Shown here piece after piece: positions 13,912 to 28,145 of a stretch of DNA of 64,000 nt (position 1 is its first letter; each line of letters opens with the position of its first letter). Source of the DNA: Epiperipatus broadwayi (Eukaryota; Animalia; Onychophora). The notes under the pieces are model-generated. The model searched no databases. It was not told the DNA's origin and saw nothing but the letters and a program-made list of their open reading frames with translations. The position numbers and the translations under genes were made by a program. The stretch covers positions 16,058,001 to 16,122,000 of the forward strand of contig JAQFVV010000006.1 of the NCBI GenBank assembly GCA_028023455.1. The letters are read 5' to 3'.

Positions 13912-15297
13912 TCACAGTGGTGTTGGTAATTTGATCAAACTCCAAATGGCTGATACTATATCTGTTGGAGGTAGTGCTTGATCTCTTGTTTTAATTTTTC
14001 CTAACTTATTGAGAAAAAGTGATTTAAGTTTACGAGATGTGGGATTGAATATAAAGTGGCATCTCATAAACCAGAGTGTGTATAGTATAAAGATTGTTAT
14101 TCTTATTGTTGGAAACAACCCTCTTTGAATATTTTCTATCAATACTGTCAATGAGCATTTTGGATTATGGGTTATATCAGCAATTAGTTCTCGATATGTT
14201 TTGAGAGAAGTACACTGAGAAATAAAATGTTCTGTTGTTTCTTCTTCTTTATTACATAGTTGACAAATGGCATCTATGTTTGAAGATCTCCATCTTCCAG
14301 CCAGAAAAGCATTGGTAGGTAAAGCTCTAAGGTTGATTTTTATTAGAAAATCTAAGTACTTAGGCTCTAAGTACCAGAATTTAAATTTTTGGATTATAGC
14401 TTTATTTGTGATATTAATTAAGCTAATGGGATTTTCAAAGGGACTGGAATTAGTTGTTATGTAATGTGCTTCCCAATACTTAATTTTAGTTGAGAAAAGG
14501 TTTGTAGCAGGTACTTTATGTTTGAATATTGTTTTTATTAGATTGTTAATGAATTTATTTTTAATAGGAGGTGGAGTGTCTGTAGGTGATATTGGAAGAA
14601 ACACTTGGAAATTTTCATATGTCATATAAAGTTTCATTAATGCATTGTGAGTTTTTTGGTAATAGAATGTTGAAATGCAGTGTAATGACAGGCCATTTTG
14701 TCTTGAATGTTTTTGCAGACTTTTGATGCTTATTACCACTGCCTTTTTATTCCAAATGAGTTTGGTGCAAAAAGAGTTAATTTTTTTCTTAAATGAGTTA
14801 GTAAATTTAATGATAGGTGCATAGTAATTTATTTTTGGGAAAATTAATATGTTAATGAGTGATATTTTACTATGCAATGAAAGATATGCTTTTGAAAGTG
14901 AGGTTGTCACCTTTTCAATTGCAGATATTAATTGTTCTTGTATTATCTTTCTCATTGCATTCATAGACAGATGAATTGGGAGACCAAGAAATTTGTGGGG
15001 AGGGGAACTGCAAACTGAATGAATTTGATTACCAGAAAGGATACTCCAAATAGATGTTTTTTCTTTGTTAAATTTTAAACTATAAGCTGCAGAGTAATTT
15101 TCTAAAATGGTATACATTAAAGGCAAATGTTTTTTGGATGGCAAAAAAATGACTATATCATCCATGTATGAAATATGATTGATGGATTGGTTTATGAGAG
15201 GTACATATATTCCTGGCAATTTAGATTCTATTTCTAGTAGGAGGGGGTTAATATATGTGATAAAAAACAGTGAACTAAGGGGAGAGCCTTACAACAC
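13912..15297 (-). mobile_element. L1/Tx1-like non-LTR retrotransposon ORF2, 5'-truncated (RT 3' half plus CCHC zf-RVT)
   Basis: 435-aa ORF extends upstream in frame to V-L-*-GSPLSSLFF (QG.PLS motif with Q mutated to stop); YMDD, KFLGLPI, LRALPTN, CQLC..ETTEHFISQC. Confidence 0.92.
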
Positions 15298-15300
15298 AAA

Positions 15301-15425
15301 TGCAAAACTTTCCATGGAATAATGTTACTCAGTACAAGTCAGAATAATGTATGGAGAGTTTTGCCTCTGGGTAAACAGTTTGTGTAAGCATAAAGAATGG
15401 TCATCAAGTGATGTTTAGTGGAGTA
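15301..15425. mobile_element. Centrally deleted family A foldback (A5)
   Basis: gcaaaactttccat...atggagagttttgcc mini-palindrome plus tail gtaagcataaagaatggtcatcaagtgatgtttagtgg; abuts the L1/Tx1 truncation point. Confidence 0.7.
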
Positions 15426-15467
15426 ATAATTATTATTATTAACAACAATAACAGTAGTAGTAGTATA

Positions 15468-15900
15468 TTAGAAATAAGTTTTGCAATGATTATACAAACC
15501 AATCCATGAAATACAAATAGTTCTACATATAAAACACAGTCCATTATTTCTTTTATTTGATATTTCACACTGCTGTTTTTCTTTCTGAAAGATTTTAATT
15601 CCACATCTAATTAGAGCTCTCCATTGTATTCTATCATTAGCTATATCTTTCCAATAAAAGTAACCAATATTGTACTTTTTAAAGTATTTTTAAGATCATC
15701 TTTACAATGTAAATGGATCTGCCTCTCCCATGACAATAATATTCAAATTCAGCAATAATACTTTTTTGAGATGTCATCTATGTTTATTCATTTTACAAAT
15801 TCAATCTGATGAAAATGTGATTTTATAATGGCGGACTTTAGAATACCATATTCAGCTAGCAATCTTGCTAAGATATTGATATTTTTGAAATTTTTAGAGC
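15468..15900 (-). mobile_element. RTE/BovB-like LINE 3' remnant
   Basis: Frameshifted KDDLKNTLK...WKDIANDRIQWRALIRCG and C-terminal ICRTICISWIGLYNHCKTYF*, resembling the RTE-BovB zinc-finger end; followed by a (TAC)n/(TAA)n tail. Confidence 0.7.
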
Positions 15901-16026
15901 ATTTATAAAAAAAATTAAAGTTTTATATTATTGTTATTGAAGTGGATAAGTCTTAATTAGAAAAAAAGGTGATTAATGTTGCATGTGCTGTTCATGTAGA
16001 TAAAGGTTGAAAATATGATTGCACAA

Positions 16027-16583
<557 letters not shown>

Positions 16584-19500
16584 GTGTTGTTCATGTAGAT
16601 AAAGGTTGGAGATGTGATTGCACAAATACATAATTAAAGATAGGATTTTTAAGTAATAGATAAATGAATTTCTGAATGACTGAATGAGTATAAGTTTTAA
16701 TTGTAACATATATTTATTTTAAAATATTTATTAAATGTCTAAATTTTAAAAGACAATATAGAATTATATTCTGAGTTACTTTATAGGTTAAAATTAATAA
16801 TAAATAAATGTATTAAATATTGTAGGTAATATCTTTATTTTAGAACAATATAAATTTCAATTATATAATATAATTCATTTTTGTTTTAATGTTCATATTT
16901 ATAAGTAATTCATTTAATAAAAACTATTTTAATTTTTATTGTGTAGACAGGAAGATTAATTTATTTTAAGACTAAATATTAATTAAATTTTTGGATAATA
17001 ACCTTCCTTAGTTTCAATAGAATGTGGATTTGAACAAATAAAAGAAAGAGGCATAGATTTAAATATCTGTAACCAGTATTTTAAAGTGTCCACCTGATCA
17101 CTGGTATAAATAGATAAAACTGACACTTCTCTGAAGACTGTTTACTTTAAAAATTTTAACACCTCACTTATAAAATTTTTTATTGCATTTGTATTTTTAT
17201 TTTAAGCTTCAATTCAAACTGATAATATTATTTAAAATTTTATTTTCTTAGGTTAAAGTATGTTGGGGTAATTTTAAAATTATCTAGACATAACATCTGA
17301 ATATAAACTTCAAGGACAAGACTCTTCATTGCAGCCAGCATTTTTAAAATTACTTAATAATTATTATAATGTTAAAAGTTGAAATATTTAAACTTCACAC
17401 ATTTGAAAGTTTTGAAGAACATTATTGTTGTCACTATGACAATGTGTAGGCTGTCATTAATTTCAACATATATTTCATATTTAAGTTTGCTGTAAAATAT
17501 TTAAACTCTTAGCAACAAAAACAATAATGTTATTAAAATAGTTAAATAACTTTATCATAGTTTTTCTAAAAATACTCATTTCATATCAAATATTACTTGA
17601 AATTAATTTGCCTCATGTAAAGAACTTTGAATTTTATGTAATAAAAATTATTTTTATGATGAATGTATTACTATTATCTTCTATAAAAAAAGAAGAAAAT
17701 ATTTGACATTATTATATTATATTATTGAAACAGACAATTATTTATACTGCTAATATAACAAAATGTTGTTCATTATTCTACAACAGCATAAAAAAACCTC
17801 ATTTACTAAGACTACTACCAGAAGAAAAGAAAGCAATTTTCTTGGATCGGTGGAAGTAACAACAGACATATTTCTAAAAAAAAAAATTTTAACAAATGTT
17901 TTGAATTATTTTAATAAATTATTTACATTATAAAATGGAAACATTAAATTATTTCTGAAAATAATATTACATTCAAATTGACTTTTAATGAACTGTTCCT
18001 GAATTATTTCTTGAAAGCCTGCATACTCTCTCTCTTCCCCCTTGCTGTTGTTATGGAAACTACCACCATCATTTAAAGTGTAACTTTTAAAAATATATCT
18101 CTCCTGATGAATACTCTTCTAATTGTAAAAGTGTTATTTGAAAGAAGTATTGCTCCTTCTGAATACTACTTTCATCATTAATGAATAAAATGTTTTGAAG
18201 GATTAAAATTGAAACACTTAAATATTAAAACATTTTATTGCAGTTTAATAAATAATTGCTGTTTAATTCATGGAAACCTGTTCAATAAATGACCATTCCT
18301 GTAATTTTCTAAAAATAACTGTGGAGTAATTATATATTCTATATTTTAATTAAGTGATATTGGTGCTGAATATTTTTGCTGTCCACAGAACTTTATTGAT
18401 GAATACTGTTTCTTTTTCCATTTAATGGTTAAATGGTAAAAGAACAGAAGAAAAAAAAGGACTTTATTTTTATTTTATTTTAAAATGGTAAAGGGTTCAT
18501 ATTTTATGGAAAGTTATAATTTTGCTTACAAGGTTATTATTTTAAATGCATATTATTTTTTATAACTTTTATATGCCATTTTAGTAATAATATTTTGGAC
18601 AAAGTTCTCAAAATATCAGTGTATTATATTTGCATATTTTTAAATAGTATGTGTTTCCTTTTTGTCACAAACCATCTATTTATAAGAACTATATTATTAT
18701 GCTGATATAGTCTAAGCAGATGTATATTTCTATTATTTATTTTATGGATTATTTATTGCCTAGTTTTAATGAAGCTATATTTAGCATTAAATTATTATTT
18801 ATCATCCTTCACATCTGTTAGTTATAGTATTTTGCTAAGAGATTAATGATTTAGTCTCTCTATTTAGGAATGTTTGTTTTTTCCAGTATTGGTAGAGATT
18901 GTAGGGTGAGTTGCTGTCTTATCATTTTGGCTAGTGTGTTAGACAGAGATGGAAGTATTTGTCTCTCTCTTATATATTTTGTCTCACTAACATACATAAC
19001 TAGAATATTGTAGCATAGGCTGTCTTTAGTTTAATGCAACTTTATTTAGTATTATTGTCTCTGATGTGCATTCTCATAATTCCTTAACTAGTGACAAAGT
19101 TTAGATCATTCTTATTGCCCTCAAAAGTAAGTGCACTTATTTTGAGTTATGCTATCATGTATTTATTTTGCCTTTTCTCAGTAATCTAGTTTGTTGTTGA
19201 ATGTATTTTGAAAACATGCGTAATATTTTACCATGACTTTTCCTCAGGAAATTATAATTGTTTTTATCAAGGTATTGTGGAACACCAGCCTTACCTCTTT
19301 AGCATATTTGGTTTATTTAAATGTGAATTAAATATTATTGATGTGTATGTTCTATATTTAAGCTTTGCTAAGTTAGGACATAAATATGATTAATTAATTT
19401 CAAATTTTTAAATTGTATTTTGGTATACATAGATAATATACAGCTCTCTTATCACTCCTTCATTATTGATTTGGTAAGCTTATATTCTTAAGTAAGGTTT

Positions 19501-20330
19501 AATATTTATAAAAGCTACATTACCCATGAAAAGGATATTATCATTATATGAATGACTTAATATGTGAGAACTTATTAATATCTAGATTAACAGAAAGTTT
19601 CTTTTGACCAACACAATTATTTTTGCTAAATCAAATGCATTATTTTTCATGATACTAGTTGTAACTTAACCTTCTGGCATAGTTTTAAAAAAGAAAGTTG
19701 TATTTGTAGAAGTCCTTGGCTTTGTGGATCTAAAAGATATGATATTTATGTCTTGTTATTATTTGCATTTGCTTGCTGCAAAATAAATATTTGTTTTACT
19801 TATTAATTGATTTCTTACAGTCATTTATTCACATCATCCACCCATAAACCAGATTTTTAAATAATTATAAGAATATTATAAATTATTTTAATTATTTCAT
19901 CATAAGAGTACATGAACATTGAAACTGATAAGAGGTCACTTTATGAAATCATTTTTAAATATGGGAATTACATCTAAGAAATATGTATTTTGCTTTAAAA
20001 AAATTATAATTGCATATTATTATTTGAAATTACTTCAATCAATTTAGTTTATTCATGAAAAGATCACTGTTCTTATTTATTCTAAAACTGTTTCATAAAT
20101 ATGAAAGACCATATTAATTATTCCATGATAAATTTAAAATAAGAGATGACTTAGATGAGATCTGACAGATATTTACGTAGATTTGGTATTTACAATGGTT
20201 AAAAAATCTCTTATCGATTCTTGATATTTAAATGTCATCTTAGATTATTATTTAACTTATTCCAAATCAAGAGATCATGTTGTATTTTATTTAAAATTAA
20301 TAATAATTATTATTATTGTGATAAGACATT

Positions 20331-20546
20331 GGGACAGGATTGGCGTTAAACCACTAAGCATCACATGATCACTATTTCTTATGCTAGCACATTACTGTTA
20401 TTAAAACAGGCAACATCTTTATACAGTAGTGCCACTCAGTGCCAACCAGAGTAGTCAAAGGAATTTTATGCGCAAGCCTTCTGGCATCCATTGATTACTC
20501 TGGTTGGCACTGAGGGGCACTACTGCACGGAGAGCTTTGACTCTTT
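20331..20546. mobile_element. Family A foldback with HHR region deleted (A6)
   Basis: cagtagtgccactcagtgccaaccagagta / tactctggttggcactgaggggcactactg arms with the tail on the left; 12-bp direct repeat tgataagacatt at 20319-20330 and 20547-20558. Confidence 0.85.
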
Positions 20547-22627
20547 TGATAAGACATTAGCTTAGAAGAAAGGGTATATCTTAATTTTATTTGTTAGGAT
20601 TTTGTTCTGTGTGGAATAGATTTGAAGAGTCAAAGAGAACTTAATTGATGATTAAAATAATCATATTTCCCTGAGATACCCTTATTTACTTCATGAACCA
20701 CATTATTTAAAAATTATTTCGCTGATGAATAAATTATTTTCAGAAGATGAGTCTTTTGTGCCAAAGATTTAAGACAACACTTCCAAATTTTATACAATTC
20801 AGTATAAAGTTTTATCTGATCATAGCAATGAAATACTTAAGAGATACTTATGATGCTGATAAAAAAATATGGTAGTGGAAGTAGATATTATAAGAAAAAG
20901 ATTTTAAAAGTAACCTCAAAGGCATATGCTTGCAATACCAAAAGTCTTGCATTTGTATTAGAGCAAGTCAAGAGTTCCCTTTCTCTTAAGTTATTAATAA
21001 TATTTTAATGATATTTTATTGTAATTGTTCACCCCTGTATCTCTTCCTAACCTGAACCCACTGAGTTTAGTTAGTTGATGCCATTATATTTGGTTATATA
21101 TTAGTGATTTTGTGTCTCCTTCTCCAGATTACTATATATATATATTGTACCATTTATTTATATATGGTACAAATATACGTATTGGCATTTGGTAAAAGCT
21201 AAAAAAAAAAAAAAAGAGTAAACTTAATTTTTTTTTATTGGTATAATTTATTTTTTAAAAAACGTACAGTGAAAATTAAAATTGTCTTTCATATTTTTTT
21301 TATGTAATTAAAAATAAAAGTTAAAATTTGAGAGAACAAAAGACACACAAATTACTAATCCAGATAAATTAAAATAATTCCAAAAGTAAAAAGCTAAAAG
21401 AAAAATATTTTAGCTAATTAAAGATGGCCGAAAAACTTGATAAAAAAGAGAACTTTATAACGTAAATTTTATAAAGAATGTACAAAATTATCAATGTATA
21501 TTTTGACAAACAAAAGATATGCGCAGAAGTCTGAAAACTGGACCTCTAGTATAAAAAGGCAGAGACCAGTTTGAGGAACGTCTTGTTTTTTCTGTTTTTT
21601 CCTTTGGCTGGTTTTGGATTATTAAATCCAAGACCACTTCACGATGAAATAATCCTTCATGCGGGAGTAGACCGGGGCTTTAGCTGACATTGTTAAGAAG
21701 ATGGATACTAGAAAAGCCTCTGCGACTAGCCTTTGGAACAGACTACAAGATCAACTAATAATCAAAGGCCGAGCTCAATTCTAACCCAAAAAACTATGCA
21801 TAGTAAGCTACAATCTTTGTGAATTCACAAAACTTACCTGTAAGCTATGATTCGTTATTCCCGATTGTGACAAAATTAAACATTTGCAAACAATTCTTAA
21901 AAATATATTTAAACAATCCCAATAGAGACATTAATTTTCTTGTGCAAGGGACATTCATTTTAGGAACTTTCTAGAAGAAATTTGGAAGTGAACTGTAATT
22001 GTGAAATTGTTTTTTTATTAATTGATTTATATCCGAATTAGTGTGTGTTCTCTCCAGTTTATTTAATTAACAATTTAACGTTAAGTATTTCAGTTTGTTA
22101 GAATAAAAGAGATTTTACTTTTATCAATCTTTTTCATTGTGCCTTATTAATAATAGTTATTAATTATTATTAAATTTATTAATATTTGTTTATTGATATT
22201 TAAAAATATAATTTACCTTTGCCAATATGTTTAATAAGTTCCAAGAATAATAATATTTAGGAAATAATGCTCATTCATGGCAAAATATAATACCGATTAC
22301 TTTTAAAAGCATTTTTTTTTAATTTGCGAGACGTGCTGGTGACAGATTTTAGCGGATTCTTATGAATCCTGGCACCCAGATCAAATAAATTAAAAGCTGA
22401 TTTCATCAATAGCACAATTCGTAACAATTATTAGGCCGAGTTGATTAGAAAATATAGTTATGTTTTTTGAGAAATAGAAATACAACTTCCTTCTTTTGAC
22501 ATAACTTGATCAACTCGCACATTTATAATGCGTATAGAGGCCTAGCAAGATGGATAACGTTATAATATATATATAATGCAAAACCATAAAACAATACAAG
22601 GTAAAAATCCAAACTTTACCAAATTCC

Positions 22628-22677
22628 TTACATGACCATGGTTTCATCTACTAAACAAATAGACCTCCTCAAGTGAA
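22628..22677 (-). ncRNA. Variant hammerhead (U3 core), P1 family
   Basis: tttcac TTGAGGA g gtcta tttgtttag tagat GAAA c catg GTC atgtaa; palindromic stem III ACCAUGGU. Confidence 0.65.
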
Positions 22678-22889
22678 AATCAAACTAAAAAAGCAACATA
22701 TATATATAAAAAAAAAAACCTTCCCATAATTTACTTCAAAAAACAACTTTGCTTTATATCAAAAAATATCTTCATAAGATTGATAGCCTCAGATTCAAGA
22801 AGTTTTATTATTAAATTTTAAAGGGAAGTTGTTTTTTTTTAAGTGAATTATGGGAAGGTTTGTTTGTTTTGTTGCTTCTTTAGTTTGAT

Positions 22890-22940
22890 TTTCACTTGAG
22901 AAGGTCTATTTGTTTAGTAGATGAAACCATGATCATGTAA
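22890..22940 (+). ncRNA. Variant hammerhead (U3-A8 core), P1 family
   Basis: tttcac TTGAGAA g gtcta tttgtttag tagat GAAA c catg ATC atgtaa. Confidence 0.6.
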
Positions 22941-23107
22941 GGATTTTGGTAAAGTTGGATTTTTATCTAGTATTGTATTGTTTTATGGTTTTGTATTTTA
23001 TTTATTACTAGTATAGCATTAGGCAATTTTGAATTTTTTATATATATATATATAGTATCCCAGACTTATTAACATCAAGAATCTTTAAGGTGTTGTCATG
23101 ACAACCT

Positions 23108-23257
23108 CTGTAAATAAAAAGTGAATCCCACTTTTTATTGTCAAGGTACTAATGTAGAGGCAGAATTGACAATTTAGTCAATTCTCCATTGACAATTCTC
23201 CTGTCTTACATTAATAAGTTAGACCAGAATGGGAGATGGAATTCACCTTTTATTCAT
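23108..23257. repeat. Family G-related foldback
   Basis: tctgtaaataaaaagtgaatccc / gggagatggaattcacctttattcataga arms; central hairpin gaattgac-aattta-gtcaattc. Confidence 0.55.
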
Positions 23258-24465
23258 AGATATTATCACTATAATTACATCTGTGAACTATCTAGATTTA
23301 TGCAAAATTAAGTTTATTATATCTATGAAAAGAAATGTAATCATAAGAAAAAGATGTAATCATATAACTTGGATTTGTCCATTTTTATAGTTGCTTGTTA
23401 ATGTCAAAGTTACATCAATATTTCAGAAAAATGGTGTTTGCTGTTATCTGAATATAAAATATTATTCAAGTGGCCATTTTTCTATTTTTCCACTCCCCTA
23501 CAACAACCACTTGAATTTTTTTAAAATATCTTTGCAAGAATTGAATAATTTTTTCTCAGGTGCTAGCAGTTGTAATTAGGTCAAAATATTGTTATAAAGT
23601 TGATATTAATAACAATTATCCAAAATACATATATGTATATGTGGACTTGAAGATTTTCTTAGATAAAAGATGCTGACAATATTATCAGATTTTTCTATAC
23701 GCAAAGGCAGGCATAAAACCATTCACATGGAAAAAGATCAAAAATAGAATAATCCAGATTAATCATAGTTTTTACATGTAATCACACTTACTGAGAATTT
23801 AATGATTTCAAATATCTCCTCACACTCAAGCAATTGAAAATGATTTGATTTCATTTCGATGAATTCCAAGTAATAAATTAATCCACTGTTTTTTATTACT
23901 AACTTATTCTTATTGTTTTATCACTAATGCAAACACAAACTAATACTTAAAATGTGATATCCTCTGTATAAATAATCTTTAGCCCATCCATGCACAGAGA
24001 AAAACCTCAAGAGTAATTGACACACACACATGTATATTAATTCATTATTAAATAGTTTGATTCAAAAAATAGAGTGTCACCATGTATTTATTAATAATTT
24101 TATGTCAAGTTTCTTCATAAAGGGGGAAAAAAAATGATTATTATTTTCAATATTCTTTATTCGGTTTGATCCAATAAATATTGATCTATATTATATTTGG
24201 TTTTCATCTTTTTCTTTCTTTCAATTTTTTCTTTGACATATTTACTATCAACTTTAAGAGAGTTTATAATAGAAAAAAAAAATATTGCTCAATATTTTCA
24301 ATGATAATTTTTTTATATATATCTGCTCAATTAGAAAAAAATATTGACCTATATTCATTTGACTGCTTGTTATATCACCTTTATTTTTTTATTTTTCTAT
24401 GCATATATATATATAAATATTTCCAGTGCATACCACTATCTCAAATAAATACCAAATGACCTCAA

Positions 24466-24917
24466 ATGTGATGTGATGCACTGTGACTTCTTATATGGAG
24501 TCAGGAATCTTTCAGCAACTATGACCAGAGAAACCTGTTAACCACTTTACCTTCCCTTTCCATTCCCCACCCTAAGTTTTCTCATATCCTTCTCCATCCC
24601 ATTTCCACAACATAATCTTTGTCAACTCCATGGCCTTCATATCTAAATCCCTAACCCACTTTCTGTATAACCACTTTGTTTATATTAGTCTTGCATATCT
24701 TCATTATTTGTACCCTTTCTACTTTCAAGCATTTACATTGAATCAACAGATGCCTAATATTATCTATGCCTTCCTTACACAACTTGCAGACTAAATGACC
24801 CATATTTTCCATTTATGTGTATATTCCCTTGTTGCTAACGATCCCATTCGAGCCTTAAACAGTAAACTACTTTCCTTGCTATTATTATAAATTAACTCGC
24901 ACCCAATGTTCCATTTG

Positions 24918-24951
<34 letters not shown>

Positions 24952-24974
24952 CAAATGGAACATATATATAAGCA

Positions 24975-25017
<43 letters not shown>

Positions 25018-25460
25018 CTTTTTACTCTCCATACTATTTCTCCATCTGTACAACTCCCTATTCTTTATTAATGCATCTATTCTTCTATCCCATTCCCTAC
25101 CACTATAACACTCAACAATCTTCCTAACACAATCATCCCACCTTTTGTACAAGTATACTGATATAAATTCTTTATCCAAATCTTCTGCATAACACATTAC
25201 CTTTCTCACCCATCTTGTTGCCTGCCCTTTATTCATAACCCAATTAAATACTATTTTGGCTATTTTTTTTATTATCCATAAATTGCAATCTACTGAATAT
25301 TTTCATTTTGCTTTTTGTTATCTCTCATATAAAACCTTGACTATCCCTCTTCTCCTTGAATTGCCTCCTTTGCCATCCACACTTCTGCATCTAATGCATG
25401 TCTTTCTACTTCCCTTTGTACTTTTTCTAAGTAATCTAATACCCCTTTACTAACACATAA
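24466..25460 (-). mobile_element. Non-LTR retrotransposon C-terminal remnant with 3' UTR
   Basis: LEKVQREVERHALDAE..KEAIQGEEG*S, MNKGQATRW..WRNSMESKKSL, YNNSKESSLLFKARMGSLATREY, CKLCKEGIDNIRHLLIQC (CCHC); short catca-type tail. Clade not assigned. Confidence 0.8.
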
Positions 25461-25510
25461 ATGCTGAGAAATGTTCAGCTACATCCTCTGTGAATAAATG
25501 TTTATAGCCG

Positions 25511-25667
25511 GCATCTCAAAACAGCTCTTTGAATTATAGGCTGCAAAAGTATTAAATATTGAAACATGACTAATTCTCTGTTTGAATTAGTCCATGTTTT
25601 ACTATTTAATATCTTTTTAGCCTACAGTTCAAAGAGGCACCTTTTTGAATTAGCTGTTTTGGGATGC
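25511..25667. repeat. Imperfect palindrome
   Basis: gcatctcaaaacagct...aaacatgactaattc / gaattagtccatgttt...agctgttttgggatgc. Confidence 0.7.
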
Positions 25668-27129
25668 AAGTTTTAAATTGTTATTCTAAGAGAGCATAGC
25701 TAAAAATCACTTAACATTTGAAGTGATTTTATATTATATATGTGTGTGTTGATAATGATTAATAATAACAAGCTAACATTGAAAGCAATTAAATACATTT
25801 TCATTGTTTAATGGCAATTTCATGAGACTTTTTTTAGTAATGTTGCTGTCAATTAAACTTTCATATTCTGAACTCTCCAGTGAAGATATTTATATTATTA
25901 GTAATAAAAATTTCATGATTTTTATTGTCAATACTTAATATATGCTTTTAGTTTGTAGTTCTCTTCAATCTCACCACAAATGTCTATTGAAGATCACCTA
26001 CTGCAGGTTACCTTATTCAGAATTTGATTTCTTTTTCCATTTACAATTAAATTATTACTAATCTTTAACAAAATTTTGAAAAACTTAGATATTCTTTAGT
26101 ATATTATTTTATTTGATTTCTTTTTCTTTTGACTTAGAAATTAAATCCAATTTTTAAAAAAGATTGACAAGTTGTTGAAAAATTAGGAGCTAAAATAGTT
26201 ATCTAATGAATTTTTTTATTCATTGTTTTTTTACCCCTCACAATTCAATATAATCTTTTTTAAACATCAGTTACATCATTGGTGATGAATTAACCCTTTA
26301 ACAGATTGATATTTTCTATTATTACCCCTGGAAGCAGTTTTTGTCAATGCGCAACCTTTGATTTTAGTATTTAAAAAATCTTTATTTTATACTAAAACTC
26401 AATAAATTGGACTTGATTTCTTAGAAATCTAATTTTACAAATGAAAAATCATCTAAAAAAATCATAATTAAACTTTGCAAATATTAAAAGATGAGTTTAT
26501 AATGAGAACAATGGATATAAAACATCATTTAATGGTCTGATGGAAATAGTCTTCAGAAAATCAATGAAATCTTTTTTATTTGAAATTTATTTTTAAAATG
26601 TGAACAAGTAAATGTTAATCTCTGATAAATCTATATTAAAATTGCTTTATAATTTTTAGAATATTTCAAATGATCTTAGCACAGGGTCATCAATGACAAA
26701 TAATGACATTACATGATTAATGTCATAACATGTAGTCTTCTCACCGCTGTATTATTTTTTGTTAACACTATGCTAAAATTTAAAATAAAACATACAAATA
26801 AAATCAAAGCGTATTCATGTATTCTTTTGGTTTTAGATAATTATAATACAATTATTGTGTAAAAATAATCAGAAATATTTAATAAATTAACAAAAAAATC
26901 ATATTTCTTTTATTTCAAAAAATTTCTTGAAGTAATCTCACAAATACTGCAGAAACCAGATTATAAAAAAAACCAAAACTATCAAGGATGTGGAGGCAAG
27001 ACCACTTTGAAATTTTTTGACTGTTTTAAAAATGCTGCTCTCTTCAGATTTTTTTAAATTAATAAATCAAAATTCATGAGATTGCAGCTTAGTGGTAAAA
27101 AATCCTACAGAAATATTACTATATATAAC

Positions 27130-28145
27130 TATAAAAGTGATCTAAAGTGGTAAAACTACTATGCCATCTGTGATGTAAATAGCCATGTTAAGCCATTGGA
27201 CCTCATATAAGATGAGTTAAGTTTAGTTGTGGACTAAAATAATAAAAAAGTAAACCCTAGTGATCATAGCAATTGGATTTATTTACAGAACTATTAATTT
27301 TAATTTTGAATGTAGATAGCAACTGAATACCATCATTCTGAAATGCTTGATTTTTCATGCTAAATCCATATACTCAAATTATCTTGGATTGCAGCTTTCC
27401 ATCAATGAGAATTTTGAATTGCAATTAGATATTAATGTACTCACATATTTAACAGCTACCTTAAATCTTTTTATACTATCAAGTTAATAGATTGGAATTA
27501 AAAAAAGTCTAAAATTTCAAACCCAAGTCTGCTTGCTTGCATCTTATATAGATGTGGTCCTAAGATTACATATTTTAACGATTTCAACCATACTATAGGT
27601 AGCACTATAATGAAGTGAAGATATTGTTCCTAAAATATACACTATTTGCAGTGCTTTAACAATGGAATAGTCAAAAAATAAATGTCAAAGAAGTTCATAC
27701 TGAGTATAAAAAGAAGTGAAAAAAAAACTACCAAAAACCTAGTTAAAAACCTATCGAAACAATTTAAAGTAAGTTTTCAAACCCCCTATCTACTAACAGA
27801 CTTATTAATAACTCCAAAGATAAAACCAATCCAGACCAACACCCCCATGTGGTATATAAGATAACATACCAACAAGCCAGCAGTGGGGCTATGTACTATG
27901 AGGAAACCTGGGCTACAGTCACCAGCAGAGTAGCTCAAGACATGTATGTATATAATATATTGTGTATTAAAAATGAAGGCAATTCAATATTCCTAGAATA
28001 CCAAAAAACATCTAATGACAGATTTGAACCCATCAATACCAAAATCACATGTCTGGAAAGAACTGATGCCAAATGCAAAATAAAAGAAGCCTATTTCATC
28101 ACACAATCCGTAAGGCCATCAACAGATGAGATTCCTACTTCTTGA
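27130..28145 (+). mobile_element. Degenerate Penelope-like element P2 (RT remnant, linker, GIY-YIG)
   Basis: ORF 27849-28145 VYKIT..YYEET..TSRV..NSIFLE..KIKEAYFI is a decayed GIY-YIG; linker KNLSKQFKVSFQTP precedes it; frameshifted IAM.SPL-like RT motif near 27180 (weaker). Confidence 0.75.

Larger units (their letters stand above)
22577..22996. mobile_element. Inverted pair of Penelope-like (P1) 3' ends
   Basis: Arms of about 175 bp (22577-22750 / 22822-22996); the left arm continues into ttcttgaatctgaggctatcaatc (minus strand), matching 46148 immediately after the GIY-YIG ORF. Confidence 0.85.

Noticed and set aside
19297-19725. Two phase-compatible minus-strand candidate exons (IHKAKDFYKYNFLFKTMPE / AKLKYRTYTSIIFNSHLNKPNMLK)
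   Set aside because: No recognisable protein and no continuing exon; equally good splice signals occur on the plus strand; likely chance in AT-rich DNA. Needs RNA-seq.
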